A DNA stretch of 64,000 nt from Phaeosaccion multiseriatum (lineage: Eukaryota > Protista > Ochrophyta, other classes): positions 1,612,001 to 1,676,000 of the forward strand of contig OZ218958.1 of NCBI GenBank assembly GCA_965112735.1. The letters run 5' to 3'. Below the pieces are notes generated by a model. It did not search any database and was not told the origin of the DNA. It saw nothing but the letters and a program-made list of their open reading frames with translations. Below are positions 48,980 to 62,695 of this stretch, piece by piece (position 1 is the first letter of the stretch; every line of letters begins with the position of its first letter). A program made the position numbers and the translations under genes.

Positions 48980-50935
48980 TGTCAACTGAATGCCCTCTAA
49001 ACACACACAGGATGAAGTGTGCTTCACGAGGGGATTCCACGACTTTCGAGGTGTGCTTCTGGGTGTACAAGCTCGTGCTCATCATCTCGGGCTGCCAGAT
49101 CAGCTATGCTGCTAGAAACTACAGCAGCGACTACGTGGAAAGCAAAGGTGTGTGTGTGTGTATAAGTGCGACAACAGGGCTGAGGACATCCCTCTCCGTT
49201 GATTGGTTAGCGCTGACCTTGACGACCTTAAGGTGCCCGCCCCTGATGATTGCAACCACTCTCCATCCACCCCCCCCCCTGCAAGCCCGATACTGATCCC
49301 AATCCTCTCAGGGACTCCGGGAGCGAGCAAGAGCCTTTTGACATGTACGGCCGTCTCTTTGTTTGCTCTGTGTCTGTGTCTCAGGCATTATGCTCAGCAT
49401 GTGGAACTTTTTGCTTCTGCTGCTGCTGCTCATGGTCACGCAATTCGGTGGACTCGTGGTGCATTACGCGGCATTGATGCGCTGTCTGGTCATGACCGTC
49501 GGAGGGTCATTTTCCCTTCTTGCCGTGTTAGGACCGAGGGTGTGGAAGGTAATGAGGGGGAGGGGGAGGGGGAGGGAGGGGGGGAGGGGGAGGGAGGGGG
49601 GGAGGGGCGAGGGGGGCAGGAAATTAAGGAGGAGGGGGCGGGGAGGAAAGGAAGGGGAAGAGAAAGACCTTCTAGCTAGATCGTCGATAGACAAAAGGTC
49701 ATCTCCTACAAAGGTCCTCACAAAGGTCATCTCCTTTTGCTCTGTGAGACTCATGTCAACTCCTCCCACCCCTTGCTGTTGTTTGTTTGTTTGTTGCACA
49801 GATGCGGCAAGCTAACCGCAACCCCTATGACTCCTCCGCCGACCCCCAAGGAGTCGGGGGTGGGTTCGATTCGGCCACTTCGCAACGATATCGGAGCGGA
49901 AACCACGATCCGTCGCTCGCCGCGATTAGTGTCATGCCGGGGCTGCCGGGGGTGCCGGGGGTGATGGCCTTCGTGGACCCACAGGAGCGCTTCAGCAGGA
50001 CCGGAGTGTTGGAAGGAGGACGTGCAGCGGGGAAGGTGGCCGCTTGCCCAAAGTGCCCGTATTGTGGTTCTGGCTCTGGTGGCAAGAGTGTGCGGGAGGA
50101 AGAAGCCACGTTTGGGGTTGGCGAGCAGCAGTCTCCTCCGTGCATGGCGCTGCGTGCTGGTGATGTGGTGAACGCTGCCGATGAGGGCGGTAGAGATGTC
50201 GACCTGCGGCAAAGAAACAAGAGCGTTAGCCACGACGAGAGCCGTTGGGGGATAAGTTCCGATGATGAGGATGAGGTCGGGGAGGGTGTATGGAGGGGGA
50301 GTGTGAGACGGAGCGAGGTCGGCCCCACCGAGGAAGAAGACGAAGGCAACAGGAACAGCGCCCAACACAGTCCTCCTGCGAGAGGTGCGGGTGGTCAAGT
50401 GCCGTCGATTTCTGTGCCTGTAAGAGTGACAAGCCCCATTTTGCGACGGAGACACGGGGAAGCAGCAGCAGCAGCAGCAGCAGTTGGTGATACAGTAGCA
50501 GGAGCAGCAGCAGGAGCAGGAGCAGTGGTAGCAGCAGCAGGCTCGTCAAGTGAGGAAGGAGGGAATGGGGGAGGAGGGAGGGAGGAAGGAGGGGTACTGT
50601 CCGCCGGGACAACTCCCAAGGAGACGTCACCTGAAAGGGGGCCTGAAAGAGGCCCTGCATTCGGCGGTGACTGTCAACACAATGTCAGCCGCGTCGGAGC
50701 TACGCAAGTCGAAGGATCGATGGGTGAAGCGGTGAGCCCCACGTCGAAAGATGGTGACGCACCACCCGCTGCAGGAGGACAAGTGACGCGACAAGAGGAA
50801 GACCCCAGGGCAGCACAAGTGCGACATCACTTCCTGCCTTCAGACAGTTTCGTGGGCTTGGGGGGTATAGGGGTCTTGCAAGGGCGAGGCGGGGGCAACG
50901 GCTCGGCTTGTAAGGAGCTGTATAGGTCTATATAG
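39091..50935 (+). CDS. Class C (GABA-B-like, 7tm_3) GPCR with a type-2 periplasmic sugar-binding-protein-like ectodomain; about 23 exons
   Basis: Spliced ectodomain: PALIMLGTTQVA, EPLTDYL, AVPLVTDTRIMFYNATTF, PPPW...WTW..F, SFLGGSGLILN...KDAAWTFL. Cys-rich linker TCVGGVSLP. 7TM: MRQAQPIFCILF, SCQARLWIWGLSFDVAFGALFAKAWR, VYKLVLIISGC..SYAARN...YVESK, GPRVW. Long disordered tail 49802-50935. Start codon is uncertain. Confidence 0.82.
40966..41052. repeat. 9-bp tandem repeat (CGCTCGTAA)n in a GPCR intron
   Basis: Directly visible; source of the ERY/RAL/ARN ORFs. Confidence 0.95.
41147..42057. repeat. 41-bp minisatellite, 22 near-identical copies, intronic
   Basis: Unit ctatgtagtgtcttgttgcttgtgggcatctgtgtgtgttt starts at 41162, 41203, 41244 ... 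42023. One G>C variant at 41390. Confidence 0.97.
46323..46795. repeat. (GGGTA)n pentanucleotide array starting at a splice donor
   Basis: Directly visible. Confidence 0.96.
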
Positions 50936-51092
50936 GCCTACTACTTATGGAGTCTGCTGCTATCTGTCTCTACCCTGCCATCTCGTTTTAAGAAGTTAAA
51001 TACACGATTGATTAGCTTAGCAGCTGAGGTGGAAAGGAAGGTTCGCTGGTTCCGCGGTTCTCTCTCTGTCTGTCTCTCTCTCTCGAGCCCCT

Positions 51093-52075
51093 TTACGACC
51101 CATGGCCTCCCGCTGTAGCTGCTGGAGCCTCTATCCCTGCTCCCCTCTCTGTACATGGTACAGCTGGCGGCTCTGCTTGCCCCCCTACTCCTACTCCCCC
51201 CCCTCCTCCTCCTCCTCCTACTGCTACTGCTGCTGCTCCTGCTTCTGCTGCTACTGTACTACCAACTGCTGGTGCTGCTGGCGGTGTCGGCAGTGTCAAA
51301 CGCAGCGCCTCCTTCATCACGTCGGAAGAAGCTGCAGAGCGCGGAGTATCTCCTGTGTCATCCTTTGCGTCCACATCTGCCCCTGCCCGAACCAACACCT
51401 CCACCACCTCCACTTGGTCACTTAGAACGGCGTAGGCCAGAGGGGTCATGCCCATTTCGTCTCTGTGGTCTATGTGTGCCCCTGTGGTGTGATGGTGGTG
51501 TGGTGTGGTGTGGTGTGGTGTGGTGTGGTGTGATGTGGTGTGGTGTGATGTGGTGTGGTGTGGTGTGATGTGGTGTGGTGTGGTGTGGTGTGATATGGTG
51601 TGGTGTGGTGTGGTGGTGGTGTGGTGTGGTGTGGTGTGGTGTGGTGTGGTGTATCACCAACGGGTGTGGGTGGACGATGGTGGGTACATGACATGGGACG
51701 GAGGGGAGGGTGGAAAGAGGTGGAAAGAGGCGGATGGGCGGTGTGCCGGGAGTTGAGTTTGATAGCAGCAGAGGAAGGGGTGGAGTGAAGGGCCAGTAAG
51801 GATTTCAGTAGGAGGGAGGGGACGAACGGACGAACGGAGGGAGGGAGGGAGGGAGGGAGGGCACACACACTAGTACTCTCACTCAACTCGTCTCTTGTTT
51901 TGTCTTTTGTCTGGAGCGACATGTGGCGAGAGGCCGGCTATACACCCACGCGCTTACATCCCCAAATACTCACCCACGCACTCACACGTACACACATCCA
52001 CACGCACACACGCACGCACACACACACACACACACCAGCCACTACGTCCACCAACCCACACCCACCCACCCACCC

Positions 52076-52130
<55 letters not shown>

Positions 52131-52414
52131 AACCCACACACACCATCCACCCATTCACCCACCCACTCACAGCTACCCCTATATCACCAACACCCATCCA
52201 CACCCACCTAGTTGGAGCAGCAGCTGGACAGCCTCTACCTGGCCCCGATCGGCCGCGAAGTGCAGAGGAATACATCCCGACTCGGGGTCCACGGCCTCCA
52301 CACACGCGGATGGGCCTTGGGAAAGGTGGAGAGCCCTTAGCTGGGTGAGGTTACCACGACTTGCGGCTTCGAAGCCTGCCTGAGAGCTGCCCCAAGCGGA
52401 AACGTCTCTGCGAC

Positions 52415-52478
<64 letters not shown>

Positions 52479-53583
52479 CGTTGGGTTGGAGGTTGGGGGA
52501 GGGGGAGGGTTGCTTTCGTGTTGAGTGTCAAGAACAAGGGTGTGGTGGGGTTGTGGGGGGTGGGGGGCGAAACGAAAAAAAAACACCATTGAACCACTGT
52601 GGCCCCTGTGTGTGTGCAGAGCATGAAAGCATATGCATCCTCCCCTCCCTCCCTCCCTCCTGCCTCTCAGCAGATTCCTTCCCTTCGCAAGCAATAGTGC
52701 CATCCCTTCTCATCATGAAGCAGCATTTCCCCCTCCCTCCCCCCCCGCTCCTCTCTTCCTGCCATTCGCTAACTCACCCCTCAGTTGACTGCTGCATGGT
52801 GCTGACAATCACACCCAGACTCAGCTCCTCGCCTCCTCTTCCACCACCACGACCACCACCGCCGTCGTCGTCGCTACCCTCCTCCTCGTCCCCCTCCCCC
52901 CAGTCTTCATCCTCCCCCTCCTCCTCGAACTGTCCCGCCCCTGCCGCGAGCTCCAATGCGAAGGCCTCCTCTCTCCAGGAGGGGTTGATCTCAGATACAA
53001 GCTTGCAGTACTTGTCCATACACATGGCTTTCGACTGACCAGCTTCGCTCTTCCACGCTTCCCTGCTCAACGGTGGGGGCGACCGAAATGGCAATGCAAG
53101 AGGGAGGTAAAGAATATTGGAGCAGTCAGAAAGACAAGACGTCTTTATATAAAGTCAAATAGATAAGACGCCCCTCCTCTCCTCCAATCTCCCGCCCAGC
53201 TCCTGACTGTGTTTGGCGAATGAATGGCGATAGGGCTTACCATTTTGCTTTGGCAACAAAGTCCATGAGGCCAGGTTTGGGGGTGTCGCAGTCGCCCTCC
53301 TTGGCCTGCTTGTAGACCGAGTACAGCTTGAGCTTCATCGCCTGCGGCACATGCTTGGGCTCCAACGCTCCGACATAGCGGATCGCGCTAAAGAAGAGGA
53401 TCTTCTCCGTTCGTTAGGAGGCAGGGAGGTAGAGGCAGACATGCAAGCAGGGAGGGAGGGACGGGAGCCGGACAGCGAGGCCAAAGTAAGACAAAAACAT
53501 AGAGAGTTAAATAAATCTAAAGCCATTATAAGCACATATCCTTCGAGCCTCCTTACCTCTAGAGCTGGGTCAACACTAGCCAT
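51093..53583 (-). CDS. ACBD6: Acyl-CoA-binding protein with ankyrin repeats; exons 53583-53557, 53401-53241, 53062-52778, 52407-52208, 51481-51093
   Basis: [36 protein letters not shown] (ACBP domain), LGVIVSTM linker, then [11 protein letters not shown] and MTPLAYA ankyrin repeats. Confidence 0.88.
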
Positions 53584-54366
53584 CCCCTCGATCTGTGTGG
53601 TGAGGAGGGACTGGAGGATTATCGATTATCGGAGAATGATAATCGCGGGGATCAATTGGGGTTTGGGGGGGGGGGGGACATCCCACGACGGAAACCAGAA
53701 TTCTCTCGGAACGCTCCAGGAATAGCGAGAAAAGCGACAGGAAGAGGAGAAAAAAAAACTTTGTTATACCCCATCATTGTTATACCCCATCATCAGAAGG
53801 GCTTGCTGGCTTTTTTGCTTTTTTGCCCCCTCACCCTCTGAATGCCCCATTGGCGTGCTAATCCTCTGCTTTTCCCCACTTGCAAATTAAACTAGCACTG
53901 CCCCCCCCTGCCGCGCCAAAAGGGGGTCAGTCTTGTGTGTGTGTTGTGTGTGTGAATGAATGTGTGGAGAATGAGAGAGAGAGAGAGAGAAAGTGTATGT
54001 GTGTGTGTGTGAGAGAGAGAGAGAGGGAGAGAGAGAAGGAGACACGTGTCTTCCCCCTTTCCCAGGGTCTCCCGAAAACGAACCTCACCAGCAAACACGC
54101 AGACACTGCTAGCAGCAGCAGAACCGCGCGAACCAGCATTCCTCGCCTCCCTTCCCTCGCTCCTCCCCTCGCTGCACATATATCCATACATACGTATATA
54201 TGGAAGGAAGAGGAAGGCTCTGACGGATCTCACTCACTCACTCACTCACTCACTCCCTCACTCAGTCTGTCTCAGTACAGTGGTCCTTCGTGATCCCTAG
54301 TTGCCCTTCGCGGTTGCAAGTGGCTCTTCGTGGTCCCAAGTGGCTCTTCGTGGTCCCTAGTGGCCC

Positions 54367-54951
54367 TTAGTGATCCTTCCATGAGAAGTCTGGGAGACTG
54401 CCCCTGTCCGGCTGCTGGTCTGACAGGCACGCAAGCATGCGCTCCATAATACGAGCCGCCGCCGTCTCGTCTCGGGTCTTGAGCCACAGCTCCAGTCTGT
54501 ACATTGCGTGTGTGCCCTGTTGTGCGGGTAAGGTGGAGGTGAGGTGGTGGTGAAGGAGGAGGAGGAGGAGGAGGAGGAGGAGGAGGGAGTGGAGCAGGGT
54601 AGAGCAAGTACCAAAGAGAGGAAGAGAAAGAAAGAGAGAGAGACAGAGGGATACCAAAGAGAGAGAGAAGGGAGTGAGAGAGAGAGCAGGAGAGACAAAG
54701 AGAAACAGAGAGTGGACCTATGTATCCATCTGATCTACCTCCAGTCTGACAGACTGACAGACTGACCTTGCTCTTGTCCGTGACTCGTGCTCCGCACACG
54801 TCGTCTCCCACGTCGATGGTCTCGCCAATGAGGCCCAGCACCAAGTTCTCCCAGTAGATGTCCAACAGCTGAACCTGTGAGGCGGCGATGGAGAGAGGCG
54901 GCGATGGAGAGAGAGAGAGGGGGGAGGGGGAGGATAAGAGAGAAGACAGAC

Positions 54952-54992
<41 letters not shown>

Positions 54993-55294
54993 ACAAGTTG
55001 CAAAATAAAATACATTCACTTCTGGCACACCCCAGCCCTCCTTCCTCCTTGTCTTTTCCCTTTCTCTCTCAAGCTCCTCCCCCTCCTCTTCCTCGCTACT
55101 CCTCCTCTTCCTCCTCCTCCTCCTCCTCCTCCTCTTCCTCGCTTCTCCTCCTCTCCTCCTCCTCCTCCTCCTCCTCCTCCTCCTTCTCTTCCCCCTGCCC
55201 CAACACCTCTTTCTCACACATCAGACACGACATATACGGACACACACAAATACACACTGCCATCCCCTACCCTCCATCCCCTCCCCATCCCTCC

Positions 55295-55343
<49 letters not shown>

Positions 55344-56100
55344 GCATCCTCTGCCGGCAGGTCCACTCCCCTCCCACGGCGTTCTGCGCGTCCTCCCACT
55401 CGGGCCTAATGCCCTTCTTGAAGATGCTGAAACCGTCAAGCTTACGGCCTCCAATCTTCTTGCGGTTCATGCCGTCAAAGAACGTCTGCCAAGCCAAGGA
55501 TGGGAGGAAAGAGGAGGGAGGAGGGGATTCAGGACCACAAAGCAAGCGAGTTGAGTGCAGGTGTCGGTGATGGGGAAGAGAAAAAGAGGAGGGGTTGAGG
55601 GGGGGATTGAGAGGCAAGCAAGGGGCCCTGCGGCGTGCGGTGTCTTCCCCGAGAGATGAAAGCTCCTCCTCTGTCCTCTGTCATTCCCAACAACAGCCCC
55701 GCCCCACTTCGGATAATCCAAGCGTTTGCGCAGTGGTGGCAATGTCTAGGTGACATAAAAAGAGCTCAGATTCTGTCGACAACCCATTCCCCCGCAGGTA
55801 CATCCCTTCCTCAGCAGGAGGAGAGGAGGCGGCGGGGAGGGTGTGTAATGAATTGCTCTGCTTGGAGGGCAGGCCGGACGGATGCTCACTCACTCGCTCA
55901 AGAAGTCACTCACTCACCTGGCTCGGCTTTGGGATGTTATTGAAATACCTCCAGAAGTGCTCCACGGAGTTGACCTCGCACAGCACGTGCATGTTGTCGC
56001 CCCACTCGTCCTTCTGCGTCGTCTCCACGTGCTCCCAGATGCACCATGAGTTGGCCAGAGGGTGGCCCTGGGGGGTGGACGCGGCCGCGTCTGCGGTCAT
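54367..56100 (-). CDS. EIF4E: Translation initiation factor 4E; exons 56100-55918, 55485-55342, 54874-54767, 54516-54367
   Basis: HPLANSWCIW, SVEHFWRYFNNIPKPS, FKKGIRPEWED..NAVGGEW, WENLVLGLIGE, VCGARV, RLELW. Confidence 0.95.
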
Positions 56101-56716
56101 TATGTGTCTTGGTGTTCCAGTGCCGGGAACTACAGCCTTTGAAATTTATTCTTCGTTCCAACACCCCCCTCCCTCTTGCTTTGCGCCGTTCTGGGGCGTT
56201 GCGGTGCTACTGCTGCTGCTGTTGGGCTCTCCTCGCTGCTGATGCAGTACACGAGTAAGGATGGACAAGAAAGGGAGACACGAGCAACAGGAAGCGCATT
56301 AGATAGGTTTGTGTGGGGAGGAAAGGGGTGGAAGGGGGAGGAGGTGAGGAGGACTCCCAAATCTTCTGGTAAAGGCGCGTTGGGGGGAGACAAAGCGCGA
56401 GAAGGAGCAACAACACGTACTGCAGGGCACCATATGTCTCGGACCGTCTCACGCGCCTTAGACTGCACGGCCTCTCACACACTCACCCTTTCTCTTTGTC
56501 TGTTGTACCACTCCCCTCGGTGGCCGCACCCAATCAGGCCATTAGCGGAAACTGAAACTGAATCTCGTTCGCCACCCGCGATTCCGCGATCTCGCAACGC
56601 CACAGCCAAAGGCCCGTCTACTTCACGGCAGTAGGCTTCTATCGGGTTCACAAGGGCATCAGGACGAGGAGGAGGAGGGGAAGGGAGGGAGGGAGGAGGA
56701 GTGGGAGGAGCCGAAA

Positions 56717-59700
56717 ATGACTCCGGAAGACGTCGCCCGATTCCCCCTCCCGGGCTCATCCTCGCCGATGAACCTGGCATTCAGCCCGGACGACTCCGTC
56801 TTTAGCTATCTACATGCAGAGGTGGGAAAGATGAGCCGCCAGCTGTGGTGTGTGGATTTGGCCACGATGCAGAAGAAGCAGCTCGCCGCCCCAGACGCGG
56901 AAGGAGACACGGAAGAGAACCTGAGCTTGGTACGTGCGATTATATCTTACCCTGTGTCTTACGCGTGTAGCGAATCTCTCACTCATGCATAGTATCTAAG
57001 CTTGGCACGTAAGAGATATCTCCTTGTTTCAGCCAGGTAACTCACTCAGGTAATTCACCTCATTCACACATAGTCCTCTTTTTGGCTCGATGGTTGCTGG
57101 CATCGTCCTCCGCAATAAACCCCCGCAAGCGATGTCGGCAAGCAACCCCCTCATGCCCCCCCTCCCCTGCGCCCCCGCCCCCACCCCCAACGCACACCAC
57201 TTCCCTTGGCATCGGGCCCATTCACTGCACAGGAGGAGAAGCTCCGCCGAGAGCGACAGCGGCTGCACGCAGTGGGTATAACGTCCTACTTTTGGTCGGG
57301 CCGCGGCTCGGTGCGGCCCAAGCTCATGATTCCCATGCAGGGAAACATCTTCCTCCAAGAGGGCTTGGACAAGACCTCTCTCCGCCTCGTCTACGACAAG
57401 GCGCTGCATGGCGGGGTTGGGGCCGTGGACCCCCAACTCTCTCCGGATGGGGAGATGGTGGCCTTCGTCAAGGGAGGGGAGATATTTGTTGTGTATGTGG
57501 GAAGCGGAGGAGGTGCCGCCAGCGGGGCGGCAGCAGGAGTAGCAACAGCAGAAGTAGCAGAAGCAGCAGCGTCAGCAGCAGTTGGTGATACATCAGCAGT
57601 GTCGCAAGATGGCGCAACCAAGGGAGACGCGGACAGAGGCAGTGAAGACAGAGTAGAGATAGACCGACTAGACAAGGACAGACTAGATGTACTCGGAGCT
57701 CCGGTGCAGGTGACGTTCGGGTGCTGTGCGCGTGAGGGGGTGACACACGGCCTTGCTGACTTTGTGGCGCAGGAGGAGATGGACCGTTACCGGGGCTTTT
57801 GGTGGAGCACGGACTCCTCGCGCATCGCCTTTACGGAGGTTTCCGAGGGGCACATACCGCCGTACCGCATCATGCATCAGGTAAGGCTTAGGTAGTCGTG
57901 GGTGTCAGTACAGGAGAGAGGAGGAGGAGGTGGTGGTGGTGGTGGTGGTGGAGGGAGAAAGAGGGGAGGGAGAGAGGAGGAGGGGGAAGAAGAGAAGGAG
58001 GAGGTGGTGGAGGGAGGAGGAGTGGGGGAGAGGAGGAGGAGGAGGAGGAGGAGGAGGAGGAGGAGGAGGAGGAGGAGGAGGAGGAGGAGGGGGGGAAGAG
58101 GAAAAGGAGGAGGTGGTGGAGGGAGGAGGAGTGATGGAGAGGAGGAAGAGAGAGGAAGGATATTTTCGTAGGACAACACAACACAGCGTTACAAGTATCG
58201 CCTACCAAATCCTAACCCATTATTGATCCCTCCCTCTCTCCCTGTCTCCCTCCCTCCCTCCCTCCCTCCCTCCTTCCGTCCCTCCGTGCCCCCCTCCCTC
58301 CCTCCCTCCCTCCCTCCCTCCCTCCCTCCCTCCCTCCAGGGCAAGGCTGGTGTTGGCGGCGAGGACACGCAGGAGGAGCATCGCTACCCCTTCGCAGGGC
58401 AAGCCAACCCTAAGGTGGAGCTGGCCGTCGTCGGAGTGAGCAAAGCGACGGTTATGCAGCGCGCAAGAGAAGCAGCAGTTGGTGGTACAGCAGCGGTAGC
58501 AGGGGAAGGGGACGGGGCTGGAGGGTCAGGGCAGGCAGCAGCAGCAGCAGCAGTAGGATCAGCAGTTGGTAGCTCATCATTAGCAGCTGCATCAGCAGCA
58601 GCATCAGCAGTTGGTGGTACAATAGGAGTTGTTGGCAGCGGCCTGACGACGACGAGTGGGGACGGAAGGGGTGCCTTTGTGCCTCGCTTTATGGACACAT
58701 CGGTGAAGGCTAGGCAGGAGGTGAGGCCAAGGAGGAGAAGAGGAGGGGGGCGTAGCCGGGGAGATGTTGATGGTAGTGCTGGTGATGAACGTAGTAGTGA
58801 TAGTAATGCAAGCAGTGGAAAGGGGGGCGAGCCCAACGAGGAGGCGGACAGAGACGGAGGGAGAGACGGAGGGGAGGGGGGAGACCAAAATGGAGAAGGT
58901 AGCGACAGAGGAGAGCCAAACAAAGGAGAGGGAGACAAAGGAGAGGGAGAGACAGACGCCGGTTACTTGGCGCGTGTGTGCTGGCTGCAGGACGGTTCGC
59001 TGTGTGCTCAAGTGCAGAACAGAGAGCAGTCGCTGCTGCAATTGCTGCGTCTCGACCCGGAAACCGGAGAGCGTACCTTGCTGCTTGAGGAGAGGAGCGA
59101 CGTGTGGATTAACCTTCACCATATGCTGCGCTGCTTGCCAGTGGTGGTGGTGCCCCCAAGGACCTCCACTGCCACTAGTGTAGGAGCAGGAGGAGGAGGA
59201 GGGGGAGGGGGGGGGGGAGGAGGAGGAGGAGGTCTGTCTTCTTCCAATGGCAGCGGTGGTCAGAGTACGGGCAGCGCCGGCGGTAGTGGTAAAGGTAGCA
59301 GCATTGGCACAACCGGGGACGGGGAATTGGGGATGGCAGTGGATGGGCGGGCGGGGCCTCTGCCTGTTCCGGCGGGCAGCTTCTCCTTCCTGTGGGCGAG
59401 CGAGCGGACGGGCTTTATGCACCTCTACCTATACACCTTTGTCAAGGGGGACGACCGGGCCACGCTAGTTAGACAGGTGAGCGTGTGTGTGTGTGTGTGT
59501 GTGCTGGTGTGTGTTTGTGGATATGTGCATGTGTGCGTATGTGCGTGTGCGTCGATGTGTTTCTTCTGCGTGTAGGGGCGTGTGTGCGCTGTGTGTGTAA
59601 CTGATAGTTTAGCTAGCAACTAAAAACACAAACTCACCCTGCTGCATCTATACTCAAACACAAACTCAAACTACACTGCAACAAACCTCAACTCAAAATC

Positions 59701-60116
59701 CAAACTCCAACTCCAACCCTGTCTCTCTCTCGTACACATTTATGTAACCTTATGACTGACAGGTGTCTGGGGGCTCGTGGGTAGTGGACTCAATTGTGGG
59801 CGTGGACCATGTCAAGGACGTCGTCTATGTCATGGGAACCTTCGACTCCCCCACAGAGCGCCACCTCTATGCTCTGACCCTCACCTCCTCCTCCCCCAAG
59901 AGGGTAGGGGGAGAAGGAGGAGGAGGAGGAGGAGGAGGAGGAGGAGGAGGAGGAGGGGCAGCGGGAGGAGAAGGACAAGGAGAAGAAGCAGGAGAAGGAG
60001 GAGACGCAGGAGAAGGAGGAGGAGAGCGTACTATCAACAGCAGCAGCAGCAGCACTTTCAGCGGCAGCAAAGAGGGTGGCAGCAGCAGAGTCAGGGATGG
60101 AAGCAACGGGAAGACG

Positions 60117-60147
<31 letters not shown>

Positions 60148-62643
60148 ATGGGTCGTCAGGGCTTGCAGCGGAGGCAGTTTCAGTCAAACTTTCTTCACTT
60201 ACAGTTTCAGGTTCGGTGTCTTCGGTTTCATCGGATTCTGCATCGACGTATTCGAAGCCTGTGCGCCTGACCATGGGGGCAGGGCTGCACAGCGTCATTA
60301 TGGGGCACACATGCGGGCACTTTGCCGACGTGTACTCTAGTCTGCAGCAGCCAGCGAAGGTGAGAGGGAGAGGGGAGAGAGAGAGGCTGCTGTATGTGTA
60401 CGCCTTCACTGGTATTCCCTCCCTCTCCTCCCCTCTACCTCCCTCCCTCACTCAATCACTCATTCCCCCTCCCCTCCCCCTCCCCCCCCCATCCACTGCC
60501 ATCCTCTGTGTGCAGATGGTGATGTACAGTCTGGCAGATGACCCCTTCGAGCCCCCTCGGGTCGTGCAAGAGCTTGACTCGGCTATGGATGACAGAGTCA
60601 GGGCATTGGGAGACAAGGTCAGGCCATCACTAGAAGAGAAGGAAGAGAAGAAGGGAGGGAGGGAAGGCAGGACAAGCCAACCACTCCGTCCCTTAGGCCA
60701 TAGTCAGAAACTAAGTACACCATGCCCTTCTATACCCTGCCTTGCTCTGCAAGCCTGTGAGGCAGTGTAGGCGGGGCTTGAGGGCGAAGCTTGCTCACAC
60801 CACCACCAGCCAGTACCACTGCCACTCACTTCCACTCTGACTGCTTCTCCCTCCCTCCCTCCCTTCCTCCTTCCTTCCTCCTTCCTTCCTTCCTCCCTCC
60901 CTCCCTCCCTCCCTCCCTCCCTTCCTCCTTCCTCCTCCCTCCCCCCCTCCCTCCCTGCCTGCCTCCCTCCCTGCCTGTCTCCCTGCCTGCCTCCCTCCCT
61001 CCCTTCCACCCCACCCCCCATAACCACCCACCCACCCACCCACCCATTGACCTACTACCCACCCACCCACCCACCCACCCACCCACCCACATACCCTACT
61101 ACCCACCCACCCACCCATCCACCCATCCCTTCAGCTCAAGCCTCCCGACCTCGTGAGCATCCCCTCCCGCGATAAGAAGGTGGAGCTGTTCATGGCCGTG
61201 TACTCTCCCGATGCCACAAGACACGGTCCAGGCCCTTACCCGACCATCGTGGCTGTGTACGGGGGGCCTCAGGTATCACGACTCGACATAGCATCACTGT
61301 CATTTGTAACTGATCACGGTCACAAGTACTCTTATCATTATCAATACCACTTACCACTTCCGTCCCTGCGTCTCCCGTCAGTACCCAGCCCCCTCCCGTC
61401 CCCCACCTCCCTCACTCACACACACACACACACTCCCTCCCTCCCTTCCTCCCTCCTCCCTTCCCTTCCTCCCTTCCTTCCTTCCTTCCTTCCTTCCTTC
61501 CTTCCTCCCTCTCCCTCTCCCTCTCCCTCCCTCCCTCCCTCCCTCCCTCGTCCTTAGGTGCAACGGGTAACACGGAGCTGGGGCACTACTGTAGACATGC
61601 GTGCGCAGATGATGCGGGATAAAGGGTTCCTGGTGGTCAAGTGCGACAATAGGGGCAGTCATAGAAGGGGGTTGGCGTTTGAGGGATGGATCAAGAGGAA
61701 GATGGGCACCGTTGAGGTGAGGCAGGAGAAGAGGAGAAGGAAGAGGAGGAGGAGGAGGAGGAGAAGGAGGAGGAGGAGGAGCGGAGTAGAGCAAGGAGAG
61801 GAGGAGTACATGTGTAGGGAAGGAGATTTGGTGGAGCTCTCTCTCTTTCTCTCTCGTTCTCCCTCTTTCTCTGTTTCTCATCTCTCTCGTCTCTCTGCCC
61901 CTCTCTCCCTCGCCCCTCCTCTCCCTTCCCTCTCCCGTATCTCAGGTGGAGGACCAGGAGGAGGCAGTCCGGTGGCTGGGCCAGCAGGGCCTCACGGACC
62001 TGGACAGGGTGGGGGTGTACGGATGGAGCTACGGAGGGTACCTCTCCGCCATGTGCATGAGCAAGTGCCCAAGGCTGTTTCAGGTAGGTGGGACCGCACT
62101 CTCTCTCTGTCTCTCTGTCTCTGTCTGTCTCTCTGACGCTCTCTGTCTCTCTCTCTGCCGCGTTCTCTCTGTGTCTCTGTGTCCGCACTCTCTTTCTCTC
62201 TTTCTCTCTCTGCCTCTCTCTCTCTCTGTGTGTTTCTCTCTGCCCCTCCTTCTCTCTGTTTTCTCTCTTACCTTTCCCTGTGTGTCTCTCTTTCTCTCTG
62301 TCAGGTCGGGGTGGCAGGGGCACCGGTGACCTCGTGGGACGGGTACGACACACACTACACAGAGAGGTAAGCCTCAAGAGTAGTCAATAAGTCAGCGAAT
62401 GCGTTCGGCGAATGCGTAACGTCAACAACTTGCATCATTGCGTGGCATCACGCATTCACTCATCTTCTTGTTCCCTTCTGTCCTCATGTCATGTTGCGTC
62501 AGGTATATGGGCACGCCTGTGGACAACGAAGCTGGCTACTCGGACGCGAGTGTGCTCTCTCACGCACACCGCCTGCAAGGAAGGCTCATGCTCGTGCACG
62601 GTAAGTGGGGCAACATCGGACATGCATACCTGCGCTGCCACAC

Positions 62644-62695
<52 letters not shown>

